The position numbers and the translations under genes were made by a program. The notes below the pieces were generated by a model. It was not told where the DNA came from, did no database searches, and saw only the letters and a list, made by a program, of their open reading frames with translations. From the NCBI GenBank assembly GCA_963921275.4, contig OZ001293.3, positions 4,864,001 through 4,928,000 of the forward strand: a stretch of 64,000 nucleotides of DNA. Reading direction: 5' to 3'. This DNA comes from an uncultured Hormoscilla sp. (GTDB lineage Bacteria > Cyanobacteriota > Cyanobacteriia > Cyanobacteriales > Desertifilaceae). Below are positions 11,572-22,958 of the stretch, piece after piece. Position 1 is the stretch's first letter; the number at the start of each line of letters is the position of its first letter.

Positions 11572-12440
11572 GTGCGATTCGTTCTAGCCTAACGTGGTCA
11601 AACACGGAACGCTAGCCCGGTTTCATTAGCCGGGAACTCTGACCGCATGGGGGTTAAATTCCCCTCCCCCCAGGTACGGGGGTGACACCGGTCCTCGGTG
11701 CTACGAAGCGACATCATCGTGGTGCTAAGCGAGGACTCAAATGTAGGATAACTGGCAGCCTAAGCCGGTGACGCCGCTAGGAAAGATATCCAAGGTTAGA
11801 GCAGGCAAACATGTGCAAGCCTCGTTATAAGGAACCAGCGAAATAAGGCTATATGCGCTGGCCTAAAAAGGAAATGGTAGCTAGTATTAGTTTTAGACTC
11901 TGGCTAATATAGTACTCAAATAGCTCCCGGGGTATAGTGTGGACCTAAAGGTATCGCGAAATGTTGTTAGGGAACGAAGTAACCTCTCGTGTGCTGTCCA
12001 TCAGGACAAGTTAGATGTTAAGCGCAAGCCACGGGGGGAGGGATGGCCCAAGAAGCGAATGCCCGGGGTAATTCCTGGGATAACATCTACAGTAATGTAG
12101 ATGATGCTGGGTAGCCAGCGCTGACGTGGGTCGGTGATACTAGGAAGCTGCTGGAATGAGTAATCCTAAAAAGCCACGGAACTAATCCGAAACGCAAGTG
12201 GAGGATAAGGTATGGATAACTGGTAAAACTGACTTGAAAATGGTGATACTAACGGTTATCAGAACAACCACTCGCTAAACCAGGAAAGGGAAGAAAAGAC
12301 AGGCGGCAAGGGCTAACGGAAGTAATTCCTATTAAGTCTACCTATGAAAAGGGCCTAGTACCCAGTAGCCGGATGCGGTGAAAATCGCAAGTCCGGTTCC
12401 TCAAGGGAGGGTCGGGAAGCGATTCCCGGCTCGACCCCAT
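11572..12440 (+). ncRNA. ORF-less group II intron (inner), antisense within the outer intron
   Basis: 5' GTGCGATTCG; domain V TAGCCGGATGCGGTGAAAATCGCAAGTCCGGTTC; ends CTCGACCCCAT (end may be 12440-12442); EBS1 AGACTC versus exon GAGCCT. Confidence 0.88.
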
Positions 12441-12638
12441 CCGATTATGATTAGTTTTGGTTCTAAACATTCAGTCCAATTTTGGCTCGGCTTTTCCGTG
12501 TTTGTACAGGTTAGGCCGAAACGAGTCGCACTGCACATTTGTGTTTAGAGTTGTTTGAGCACCTGCATCAACAATGTCAATGACCGAGTTGAGTTTATAT
12601 TCGATAGACAGCAGAACTTGTGGGGACTTCGACGAAAA

Positions 12639-12760
12639 GGGTGCATCTCATATTTGCGTTGCCGCCCGAACCGTTCCCAGGCGGGAGCCAGGGAACGAGG
12701 GGTCCGGCTACAGATACAAAGCCCGCCTGCGCGGGCTAGATTGCAAACTGGGATGCACCC
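12639..12760. mobile_element. MITE, 122 bp
   Basis: TIR GGGTGCATC(T/C)CA; 8-bp target duplication GACGAAAA. Confidence 0.85.
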
Positions 12761-12932
12761 GACGAAAATCCCCTCTCTGTCTGAATCAAAGCTGACCTTA
12801 ATATCAGAGACTCGCATTGTTTTAGTCATTTTAGATCGAAAACCGCGACACTTCATTTATTATACTCTAGTGGCTGTAAAACTTGTCGCGTAAGTTGGGG
12901 TTTGCGGGCATCTACCCAACCTACGAATCTAA

Positions 12933-13526
12933 TCATTGAGTTGCTGAGGCTCTGGTACGATTGAAGGCAATCATCTCTTCTAAGTCCTTACGCCCTACAC
13001 AGCGGCGTTCCGAGCAATAGGCCATCAGGTTCACTCCATTCATCATCCTGACGCTACTGACGCGCACCCGAAAATCATCGGTGAGAAACCAGCAGCGTTC
13101 CTGACCTTGGTTTCTTTCATATTCAGTATCGATCGTCAATATCCCATCTGGGGCAAAATAGTATCGACCCACCACTGGAATGCCTTCCACATAGCCACGG
13201 TTACGCAGGAAGAACCCCGTTCGGCTATTCTCAGGATCGGGAATGTCAACCAGAATTGCGGCATAATTGGGGTTAGGTTCAGTTAAGTCTAGGTTGTCCT
13301 GCCAGCCAAAACTCGCACCACCAGCAGCTCTAGCTAGATCGACCTTTTGCTCTACGCAAATTTGCTTGACTCTGGAGTCATCCCGATCGAACACTTGAAT
13401 AATCAGATTAGATTTCCCTGATTCATCCACCATAGAGTCAAAATGATGCACAGTGCGCTCGGAAAACCAGATTCCTTCACTTTTTCTAAAGAAATCCATC
13501 ATCGTCATTGGCGGTGTTAGCAGCAT
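12933..13526 (-). CDS. cpeU: S/U-type phycobiliprotein lyase CpeU
   Basis: PPMTMMDFF, RNRGYVEG, ERCWFLTDDFRVRVSS motifs. Confidence 0.8.
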   Translation of the reverse strand: MLLTPPMTMMDFFRKSEGIWFSERTVHHFDSMVDESGKSNLIIQVFDRDDSRVKQICVEQKVDLARAAGGASFGWQDNLDLTEPNPNYAAILVDIPDPENSRTGFFLRNRGYVEGIPVVGRYYFAPDGILTIDTEYERNQGQERCWFLTDDFRVRVSSVRMMNGVNLMAYCSERRCVGRKDLEEMIAFNRTRASATQ

Positions 13527-13671
13527 AGTTGATTGTTAGTAGTTAGTGGTCAAGGACGTAGGGCGGGCGGATCGCCTGCCCGGAGGCGGTCAGTTGCTCC
13601 GAACTATAGTCCTAGGAAGGGCGAGCAAGACATGTTAGCACTATAATTTAGTCAATATACCAATCTTAAGC

Positions 13672-14526
13672 ATGCAGTCAATGGTAAAGAGCGATCGCTC
13701 CGGGTCGAATGTAACTCCTGCCGAGATGATATCAGCCCTCAAACCAGGTGCCAATCTTGCTGGTGCTGACTTACAGAGGATGGAGCTGATGAGGATGAAT
13801 TTATCCAGTGTAGATTTTAGCAAAGCGAATCTGCTCAAAGCTAACCTGATCGCAGCTCACCTGAGTGGGGCCAACCTGTCTGAGGCGAACCTCAGGGGTG
13901 CGGATCTCAGAGGGGCCAACCTGCGCGCAGCTCACCTGAGTGGGGCCGACTTGCAAGACAGCTCCTTAAACCGGGCCCAATTGCAGCAGGCGGATCTGAC
14001 TGGTGCCAACCTGGAACTCGCCAAGCTGCAACTAGCTTACTACGATCGCGAGACAATTTGGCCAGAAGGATTTGCTTATAAAAGTTCTGGAGCAGTGGGT
14101 CCAAAAGCCAATCTACCTGGGGCTTTTCTGAACACGGCCCATCTTCGGGGAGTAGATCTGCGAGGTGCTAACCTGCGGGGTGCTTACTTGAGTGGAGCTG
14201 ATTTGACTGGAGCTAATTTAGAGGGAGCGGCATTGAGTGGGGCCAACCTCCAGAAAGCCTATCTTACAGGAGCTTGCTTGCGCTCTGCTCGATTAAATGG
14301 TGCTGAGTTGCAGTTTGCCGATCTGCGGGCTGCTGACTTGACTGGAGCCAGTTTAGAACATATACAGAGCATCGCTGGGGCTGATTTTACCCTGGCTCAA
14401 GGACTGAGTGAGTCCGATCGGGCCATGCTTTGCGCCCATCCAGGGCAAGAGTTGGGCACTTGGAATCCTTTCACTCGCAATAATACTGCCCAGAGTCTCG
14501 GCTGTTCCCCGATCGCTGACAAATGA
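13672..14526 (+). CDS. Pentapeptide-repeat protein
   Basis: Extensive A(D/N)LxG repeats. Confidence 0.9.
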   Translation: MQSMVKSDRSGSNVTPAEMISALKPGANLAGADLQRMELMRMNLSSVDFSKANLLKANLIAAHLSGANLSEANLRGADLRGANLRAAHLSGADLQDSSLNRAQLQQADLTGANLELAKLQLAYYDRETIWPEGFAYKSSGAVGPKANLPGAFLNTAHLRGVDLRGANLRGAYLSGADLTGANLEGAALSGANLQKAYLTGACLRSARLNGAELQFADLRAADLTGASLEHIQSIAGADFTLAQGLSESDRAMLCAHPGQELGTWNPFTRNNTAQSLGCSPIADK

Positions 14527-14643
14527 ACAACAACAATGAGGGGACTCCCGAGCAAATAGCTTTACCACAGCAGGCAAAGCCACTTGGCTAAGAGACCCCC
14601 TCATTTTGAAAGAGTATTAAACTCGATGATACGTTAAATCTGA

Positions 14644-15210
<567 letters not shown>

Positions 15211-15223
15211 CTAGGGGGATAGA

Positions 15224-15757
<534 letters not shown>

Positions 15758-15875
15758 TTAGATCTCCTTATGAATAACAAGGACCGTTAGTTTGGACTGG
15801 TCGGTCAGTGCTTGACCAACCTGTATAGAAGATAAGGAATCAGGGATACCCCTGTCTATTTTATGATAAACCAAG

Positions 15876-15891
15876 TCACAAAACTTAACAT
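15876..15891 (-). promoter_or_regulatory. Hexamer direct repeat upstream of the PE subunit genes
   Basis: ATGTTA-agtt-TTGTGA resembles the TTGTTA-N4-TTGTTA box upstream of cpeBA. Confidence 0.4.
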
Positions 15892-16043
15892 AATCCGTGC
15901 CCACCCGATCTCACCTAACCAGTTCGTAGTGCTGCCCAGAAGAAGATCGTAGAATCACTCGCAATCGAAGCATACCCACCCGTCAGCAGAAACGGTTACA
16001 GCAGGCCATTGGTAAGCCGCTAGCTGAGATTACCCGTTGGTTT

Positions 16044-17048
16044 GTGCTGGAACCCGATACCTTTCTTGAAGACGATCGCCGCGAAGATTTCTTTGCCTAT
16101 AATACAGGGCGCAATGGCGGCGAGTATTACACCCCCCGGCCTCTGATTCGCGCTATGATTCGGGTGGTGCAGCCGAAGATAGGCGATCGGATCTATGACG
16201 GCGCTTGCGGGTCGGGGGGGTTTCTGTGCGAGAGTTGCCTGGGAACTCCCACAACCAAACAAAATGAAATCCTACAAACCGAGACATTTTACGGGAAGGA
16301 GAAAAAGAGCCTCGCCTATGTCATAGCGATCATGAACATGATTTTGCATGGCATTAACGCACCTAACATCGTGCGCACCAACACCCTGACGGAGAACCTG
16401 AACGACATTCAGGACAAGGATCGCTTTGAGGTGGTTTTGGCAAATCCGCCCTTTGGAGGGAAGGAACGGAAGGAGGTGCAGCAGAATTTTCCGATTAAAA
16501 CGGGAGAGACGGCGTTTCTATTCTTGCAGCATTTCATCAAAAGCCTGAAGGTGGGCGGTCGTGCTGGGGTGGTGATTAAAAATACGTTTCTCTCGAATGC
16601 CGATAAGGCCTCTCGCGCCTTGCGAGAAGAACTGTTAACCAGTTGTAATCTGCATACGGTGCTGGACTGTCCCGGCGGGACGTTCATCGGTGCGGGGGTG
16701 AAAACGGTGGTGCTGTTCTTCGAGAAGGGGAGACCAACGGAGAAAATCTGGTATTATCAGCTTCAGCCAGGGCGCAGTTTGGGGAAGACCAACCCCCTCA
16801 ATGATGATGACCTGAAGGAGTTCGTGGATCTGCAAGGGAAGTTGGCCTCCTCCGAAAAGTCCTGGTTTGTGGATGTGTCGGAGATCGATCGGACGACGTT
16901 CGATCGGACGACGTTCGATCTGTCGGTGAAGAATCCGAATGGGCCAGAAGAAACACCGTTAAGGGATCCACAGGAGATTCTGGATGAGATCGCGGCGTTG
17001 GATGCGGAGACTGCGGAGATTTTGGCTAAAATTAGGGGGATGTTGTGA
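16044..17048 (+). pseudogene. hsdM: 5'-truncated type I R-M methyltransferase HsdM
   Basis: Homology starts at GRNGGEYYTPR; YDGACGSGGFL and LANPPFG present; N-terminal domain and a good start codon are missing. Confidence 0.75.
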
Positions 17049-17665
17049 GCAATCGCTGGGAAGTAGTGCCACTTGGCAAAGTTTGTTGGGTTGATAAGTT
17101 GCAATATAGTGGTTCTAACTTGCCTTATGTTGGTATGGAAGATATTGAGAGTGGAACTGGTAGGTTTTTGGGGTCATTAGAACCACGCAATGTACAAAGT
17201 TCAACATTTAAATTCACCCCTAAACATCTTCTTTATGGGCGATTGCGTCCATACCTAAATAAAGTGATGTTGCCTAGTTTTTATGGTCACTGCTCATCAG
17301 AGATTTTTCCTATTGCTGTTAGTGAAAAACTAGATCGTTCTTTCTTGTTTTACTGGTTAACAAGCAATAGTACTGTTGAGCGTATAAATCGCACCTGTAC
17401 AGGTGCAAGAATGCCGAGAGCCAATGTGAAATCAATTTTAAATTTCGATTTTCTTCTTCCACCACTCCCCGAACAAAAGCAGATTGTGGCGATCCTGGAT
17501 GAGGTGTTTGAGGAAATCGATCGCGCGATCGGCAACACTGAGAAGAACCTCGCTGCCCTCCAAGAACTCAAACAATCTATCCTGCAAAAAGCATTCACCG
17601 GAGAACTCACCGCCGACGCCGCTAACCAGGCGATACAAACCGCTAAGGAGATTGTCGCCGCATGA
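17045..17665 (+). CDS. hsdS: Half-size type I specificity subunit (single TRD)
   Basis: LYGRLRPYLNKV, PPLPEQKQIV..LD, LKQSILQKAFTGEL; only 206 aa. Confidence 0.75.
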   Translation: MSNRWEVVPLGKVCWVDKLQYSGSNLPYVGMEDIESGTGRFLGSLEPRNVQSSTFKFTPKHLLYGRLRPYLNKVMLPSFYGHCSSEIFPIAVSEKLDRSFLFYWLTSNSTVERINRTCTGARMPRANVKSILNFDFLLPPLPEQKQIVAILDEVFEEIDRAIGNTEKNLAALQELKQSILQKAFTGELTADAANQAIQTAKEIVAA

Positions 17666-17784
17666 ACAATTATTGTCTTCCTCGTAAATTTGACCATCCA
17701 ACCCGGGAGGATTTATGTAGATCCAGAAAATTCGGAAACCATTACAATACAAGTATCTAAGTGCCTAAAAGCAAATCGAGACCA

Positions 17785-20121
17785 ATGGATATGAACGAAG
17801 CTGAAACCCGCGCAGAACTGATCGACCCCGCCCTGAAAGCCGCCGGCTGGGGAGTTGTCCCCGATAGCGGCATCCGCCGCGAACGCATCACCCTCGGTCG
17901 CCTGATCGGTGATGGAAAACGTACCAAAAAATTAATCACCGACTACGTCCTGGTCTATCGCGATCGCAAGCTGGCAGTCATCGAAGCCAAGAGACGGGAC
18001 CTCCACGACACCGAAGGGGTGGGACAGGCGAAGAACTATGCGGAAAAATTGCAAACCCGTTTCGCCTACTCCACCAACGGCGATCGCATCTACCAGATCG
18101 ATATGCAAACAGGGACCGAAGGCTACGTCAACAATTATCCCAGTCCCGATGAACTCTGGGCTATGACCTACAGCCAGCAGAACGAATGGCGCGATCGCTT
18201 TGCGGTCATCCCCTTCCAGGACAAAGGTGGCAGCAAGGAAGCGCGGTACTACCAGCACAACGCCATCACCAATGTCCTAGAGGCGATATCCTCCGGGCGC
18301 GATCGCCTCCTGTTGACAATGGCAACGGGAACCGGTAAAACCTTCGTCGCCTTTCAAATCGCGTGGAAACTATTCCAAAGCCACTGGAATCTCACCGGGA
18401 AACCAACCCGCCGCCCCCGCATTCTGTTTTTAGCCGATCGCAATATCCTCGCCAACCAAGCCTTTAACAACTTTTCCGCCTTTCCCGACGATGCCCTCGT
18501 TCGCATCGACCCCGACTCAATCCGCAAGCGCGGTCGAGTCCCCAAGAATGGCAGCATCTTTTTTACCATCTTCCAAACCTTCATGACAGACAGCGCGAAG
18601 GAAGAAAACCCCACCCCCAACTTCGGCGAATATCCCCCCGACTTCTTCGACTTCATCATCATTGACGAATGCCACCGAGGAGGTGCGAGAGACGAAAGCA
18701 CCTGGCGCCGCATCCTGGAACATTTCTCACCCGCCGTACAGTTAGGACTCACCGCCACCCCCAAGCGCACCTACAATGCCGACACATACGCTTATTTTGG
18801 AGAGCCCGTTTACACCTACTCCCTCAAAGACGGCATCAACGACGGTTTTTTAACTCCCTTCCAAGTCAAGCAAATTCAAACCACTCTAGATGAATATCTC
18901 TATACCAAAGATGATATTATTCTCGAAGGGCAAGTGTCCGAAGGCAAACGCTACAGGGAAGAGGAATTCAACCGCATCATCGAGATCGAAGCACGGGAAA
19001 GATACCGCGTCAGGCTGTTGATGGCAGACATCGACCAAAATCAGAAAACCATCGTTTTTTGCGCCACCCAAGACCACGCACTCGCCGTGCGAAACTTAAT
19101 TAACCAAATGAAAAACAGCAGCAACCCGAATTACTGCGTGCGAGTTACTGCCAATGATGGGAAATTAGGCGAACTGCATTTAAGTAACTTTCAGGACAAC
19201 GAGAAAAACATCCCCACCATTCTCACCACTTCCCAGAAACTCTCCACCGGTGTTGATGCGCGGAACATTCGCAACATCGTTTTAATGCGTCCCATCAATT
19301 CCATGATTGAGTTCAAACAGATTATCGGTCGCGGCACCCGGCTTTTTGAAGGTAAAGACTATTTCACGATTTACGATTTTGTCAAAGCTTATGAGCATTT
19401 CAACGACTCCGAATGGGATGGGGAACCCGAAACCCCTATACTGATAACTGGTGGCGAAGAAAATAGAACCGATGAAGCTGGCCACAGGGAGGAAATAGAA
19501 CCGGATGTAAGCCAAGAACCAACCCAAAAAGTCAAAATCAAACTAGCAGACGGCAAAGAACGCATTATCCAGCACATGATGGCGACCTCTTTCTGGAGTC
19601 AAGATGGCAAACCCATATCAGCAGCAGAGTTCATCGAACAACTGTTTGGGGAACTCCCAGAACTGTTCAGAGATGAAAACGAATTACGGCAACTATGGAG
19701 CCTCCCCGATACCCGTCAAAAACTGTTAGAATGTCTTGAAGAGAAAGGTTACGGCCACGAGCAGCTTGTGGAAATTAGCCGCCTTTTCGACGCCGAGAAA
19801 AGCGACATATACGACGTGCTTGTCTACATTGCTTACAACAACTCACCCCCCATCACCCGCCAAGAGCGAGTCATCGCCCGCAAGGAGATAATATTCTCTC
19901 ACTACACTGACAAACAACAAGAATTTATAGATTTTGTATTATCGCAATACGTTAAAGGAGGCGTAGACGAACTAAGTATAGAATCATTACCTCAACTGCT
20001 AGAAATAAAGTACGGCAGCATTAGAGATGCTATGGACGATCAGGGGAACGATCCTGCCGCTATCAGAAATTTTTTTATTGGGTTTCAACAATACTTATAT
20101 GAAAACAAAACAGCAGCATAA
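17785..20121 (+). CDS. hsdR: Type I restriction subunit R (EcoEI/EcoAI-like)
   Basis: NEAETRAELID, VIEAK, MATGTGKT, DECHRG, QIIGRGTR. Confidence 0.9.
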   Translation: MDMNEAETRAELIDPALKAAGWGVVPDSGIRRERITLGRLIGDGKRTKKLITDYVLVYRDRKLAVIEAKRRDLHDTEGVGQAKNYAEKLQTRFAYSTNGDRIYQIDMQTGTEGYVNNYPSPDELWAMTYSQQNEWRDRFAVIPFQDKGGSKEARYYQHNAITNVLEAISSGRDRLLLTMATGTGKTFVAFQIAWKLFQSHWNLTGKPTRRPRILFLADRNILANQAFNNFSAFPDDALVRIDPDSIRKRGRVPKNGSIFFTIFQTFMTDSAKEENPTPNFGEYPPDFFDFIIIDECHRGGARDESTWRRILEHFSPAVQLGLTATPKRTYNADTYAYFGEPVYTYSLKDGINDGFLTPFQVKQIQTTLDEYLYTKDDIILEGQVSEGKRYREEEFNRIIEIEARERYRVRLLMADIDQNQKTIVFCATQDHALAVRNLINQMKNSSNPNYCVRVTANDGKLGELHLSNFQDNEKNIPTILTTSQKLSTGVDARNIRNIVLMRPINSMIEFKQIIGRGTRLFEGKDYFTIYDFVKAYEHFNDSEWDGEPETPILITGGEENRTDEAGHREEIEPDVSQEPTQKVKIKLADGKERIIQHMMATSFWSQDGKPISAAEFIEQLFGELPELFRDENELRQLWSLPDTRQKLLECLEEKGYGHEQLVEISRLFDAEKSDIYDVLVYIAYNNSPPITRQERVIARKEIIFSHYTDKQQEFIDFVLSQYVKGGVDELSIESLPQLLEIKYGSIRDAMDDQGNDPAAIRNFFIGFQQYLYENKTAA

Positions 20122-20157
20122 AGCGTATAACTTCTAGCTAAAACAACAATGCTTTTA

Positions 20158-20209
20158 GTCGGTTTTCAACCGACTTTAGCTATTAGCCGGGGGTTTGAAC
20201 CCCCGGCGG
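20158..20209. repeat. REP-like double hairpin
   Basis: GTCGGTT..AACCGAC and GCCGGGGGTT..AACCCCCGGC. Confidence 0.6.
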
Positions 20210-20294
20210 GTCTGGTTTACATCTGAGTATCTCCACAAACCATCGGCGTCTTCCGCATGCTCTTGTCCTGAAGGACTCGGCATACTCCAGACAC

Positions 20295-20349
20295 CGTCAC
20301 GCCATTTGCGGGCATCTTCTACATAGAAGTGAATGCGATCGATCTGCAT
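20295..20349 (-). pseudogene. N-terminal remnant of 4-hydroxyphenylpyruvate dioxygenase
   Basis: MQIDRIHFYVEDARKWRD resembles cyanobacterial HPPD N-termini; nothing homologous follows. Confidence 0.5.
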
Positions 20350-20427
20350 TGTTAATTGGGAATTGCTAATTGTTCCAAACAGATTACCTCTTTTGCTAGT
20401 TGAGTGCGATCTCCTCTGAAGATGGCA

Positions 20428-21972
20428 TTAATGTCTGCCAAAAGATGCTGGTAAAACAGCCAAAATGTTTTTTGCTGTAGCATTACCTAGTTCTTTGGGT
20501 TCCAGTTTGTGAAGCCCGCCCCCATATACTCGACCCTCACCTGCCAAGATTTCTGGGGATATCTCCTGGAGACCTTGCCACACAACTTTGACAAGCTGCC
20601 GATTTATGTTGAGGATTTTCTCCAGGTTGGGTTTTGGGTAAAGCATCAGATACACGTTGGCTGCTGTCGCCCGGCTGTGATTCAATATAAATCGGAATGT
20701 GAGACCATTTTTTTTGCCTTTACGCCCCATATAAGTACAAAGGAACCTAGAAGCCGGACGGTTCTCTTGTAAGTACCAAGGATATCTATGTCTGCACAAA
20801 TACCGCTGACTATATCCGGCCTTTACACCTAGGAGAAGGTAATTCCAAAGTAATGGATATTTATATTTTACCTCCGCTTCTGGCAAATGGCATGCTAGCC
20901 AAAATAGTTGCCGATCAACCAGGGGATTTCCAGCCATATCTGCTGCTATCTCCTCTACTGAGAGGTATCGGGGACTGGGTAAAATTGGTTTCAAGAATTC
21001 CTCTGGCAGTTGATGGCGATAGATCTGTTCTGGGGTGAGGATAAAAAACTGATTTGCCCCGGTTGCTAAACCCCGCTTGATTGTGAATAGGTCGGATAAC
21101 TTGAGGGACCTGTCATCGGACCGGAAATGAGGAACGGTAAATTTTTTCCACTTGGCGGTATCGCCTAATCGCTCGATCGGGATATATTTTTCTACTTGCG
21201 GTGCTTTTAAGGTGCCGCCGTAGGTAAACTTAACCATCCGATCGGTTGCGGGTCTTGTTTTTTTCAGCCAAATCACTGCTGAAGATACAAGTGCATCTGC
21301 AAACAGGAGATCCTGCGGATCGAAACGATGGATATGTAGCAAAGTTACGCGACTGAGTAAGTATTCCTGGATCTGTTTTCCGTAATTGACATCCATAAAC
21401 TCGCTAGGAATCAGCCATCCAGCAATAGCATTTTCAGCCATCCAGGCATCGGCAAGGCAGAGAAAATAGCAGTACATTCCCGCTAATTGACTGAGTTTTA
21501 TTCCCACTGTTTGATAGGTAATATTTTGCAGTCGCTGCTTCTCAGGATTGGTCAAATGGTGATGTCTGATATAGGGAGGATTGGCAATGATGAGGTCAAA
21601 TTTGGCGGCCTCAGAAGTTGGCGGCGTGGCACGGGTAAAATCGTCAATTTTTAGCTTTAATGGCCTATCTTGCCAAAACTCAGACGCTTGCAGTCCATAG
21701 TCGGGAGAAATTTCATAGCCAACCGCTTCAGCAATCTGTGAAGAGGGAAATGTTTTTAGCAAGGCGGAGTAGAATGAGCCAGTACCAAAGGCAGGATCCA
21801 GAAAGCGAATGTTTCCTGGCAACAGTGCTTTGGCGTATTCTAGCATATCTGTTGCTAGGGCTGTCGGTGTCGCAAATTGACCGAGTTTGTTTCGTGAATA
21901 ACGTGTTTTCCTGGAATCAAGTTCTGCTTGAAGCTGGAGGCGCATTAATTCAATATTGTTGATTTCTACCAT
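20428..21972 (-). CDS. Type II N6-adenine DNA methyltransferase
   Basis: GQFATP, LDPAFGTG, IANPPY, YGGGLHKLEPKEL. Confidence 0.9.
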   Translation of the reverse strand: MVEINNIELMRLQLQAELDSRKTRYSRNKLGQFATPTALATDMLEYAKALLPGNIRFLDPAFGTGSFYSALLKTFPSSQIAEAVGYEISPDYGLQASEFWQDRPLKLKIDDFTRATPPTSEAAKFDLIIANPPYIRHHHLTNPEKQRLQNITYQTVGIKLSQLAGMYCYFLCLADAWMAENAIAGWLIPSEFMDVNYGKQIQEYLLSRVTLLHIHRFDPQDLLFADALVSSAVIWLKKTRPATDRMVKFTYGGTLKAPQVEKYIPIERLGDTAKWKKFTVPHFRSDDRSLKLSDLFTIKRGLATGANQFFILTPEQIYRHQLPEEFLKPILPSPRYLSVEEIAADMAGNPLVDRQLFWLACHLPEAEVKYKYPLLWNYLLLGVKAGYSQRYLCRHRYPWYLQENRPASRFLCTYMGRKGKKNGLTFRFILNHSRATAANVYLMLYPKPNLEKILNINRQLVKVVWQGLQEISPEILAGEGRVYGGGLHKLEPKELGNATAKNILAVLPASFGRH

Positions 21973-21975
21973 TGT

Positions 21976-22935
21976 TTACAAGCCAAAATCTGCTAAGTCG
22001 TCTATGCGATGTTCCCACACCCAGTCAATGCCTTCGGCAGCTTCGTAACCTAAATAACCACTGTCGAAGTAGCCGCAAAGAAATAGAACAAAGTTGATTT
22101 TATCGCCGTAAGTGCTAATCAACTGAGCTACTTTAGTCGCTTCTTCCTTGCGTCGCTTGTTCGGATTAGTATAATCCCCCGCGCATTTGGCTTCAAGAAG
22201 TAGTGGAAAATCGCTTGTAGAGTGGAAGGGCATAATCACAACGTCAATAGGTATCTTGATGTTTTTGGTGCGTCCCCGTTGAATCACTGGCAGGTTAACT
22301 CTAAAGGAAAACGAGCCAGGATTCATCCCATTTTCGGGAAACTCTTTGCTTACCTTAAGGTAAGAATAGCCTCGCCCTTCTAGCCACTGTTTAATGGTAG
22401 CAAGCTGTCTTTGCTCTTGTGAATTGCGAATAATTGGGTCAGCTACCGCACCACATAAGCGATCGGCAACAATTGTCGCTGCTCGATAAATCTCTGCATT
22501 GGTTGGCGTCTGTTGATTATCCAGCCATGGAAAGATGTTTTTGTCAGCTAGGCGTGTAATTATCTGACCAATGCGATCGAGATCGGTTTCAACTGCTGTT
22601 CGCTCCATCCGAGGTGGGATTCGCTGGTTAACTTCCATAGTTTTGACTAGGTTAGGGGAGACTCCAGCTAGACCGATGAGGCGATCGCGGGCAATGGGTG
22701 GTGCTGTAGCCATGCGCAGCATAGGTAGGACAGAGGGATATTGCCTCAGCACAGATGACGTGATGTTAGTCAGATTAGCCGTCTGCGCCAAAGCCGACTC
22801 AACTTGCTTAGTAGTTTCAACGCGAGTGTCGCGGTATGCTAAGGGAGCAAATTGCATGAACCAATTGTTGTAAAAGTCTACCGATTGAGCAATATCTGAC
22901 TTCCATCGATGGGGCTTATCCGCGTTTACTGCCAT
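21976..22935 (-). CDS. XamI-family type II restriction endonuclease
   Basis: MAVNADKP.RWK.DI..SVDFYNNWF, EAKCAGDYTNPNKRRKEEA, YEAAEGIDWVWEHR. Confidence 0.8.
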   Translation of the reverse strand: MAVNADKPHRWKSDIAQSVDFYNNWFMQFAPLAYRDTRVETTKQVESALAQTANLTNITSSVLRQYPSVLPMLRMATAPPIARDRLIGLAGVSPNLVKTMEVNQRIPPRMERTAVETDLDRIGQIITRLADKNIFPWLDNQQTPTNAEIYRAATIVADRLCGAVADPIIRNSQEQRQLATIKQWLEGRGYSYLKVSKEFPENGMNPGSFSFRVNLPVIQRGRTKNIKIPIDVVIMPFHSTSDFPLLLEAKCAGDYTNPNKRRKEEATKVAQLISTYGDKINFVLFLCGYFDSGYLGYEAAEGIDWVWEHRIDDLADFGL

Positions 22936-22958
22936 AATCAACTTATTATATCAAGCCT

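Larger units (their letters stand above)
9643..12531 (-). ncRNA. ORF-less group II intron (outer), about 1 kb once inserts are removed
   Basis: 5' GTGCGACTCG at 12531; domain V TAGCCGTGTGCGATGAAAACCGCATGCACGGTTC; ends CTCGACCCCTAAT; EBS1 TGCATA pairs with exon TGTGCA. Confidence 0.88.
9513..12829 (-). pseudogene. Small PE-cluster hypothetical gene disrupted by an intron stack, a MITE, a frameshift and a nonsense codon
   Basis: Removing 9643-12531 joins ...TTLNTNV-CA|G-ELMAS*RFMNAQGQLAPTQNIGEVVYSMQQVEARL in frame; N-terminus MTKTMRVSDIKVSFDSDREGIFVEVP is split by the MITE. Confidence 0.6.

Noticed and set aside
12545..12893. Overlapping 73-112 aa ORFs
   Set aside because: Created by reading through the MITE in a pseudogene
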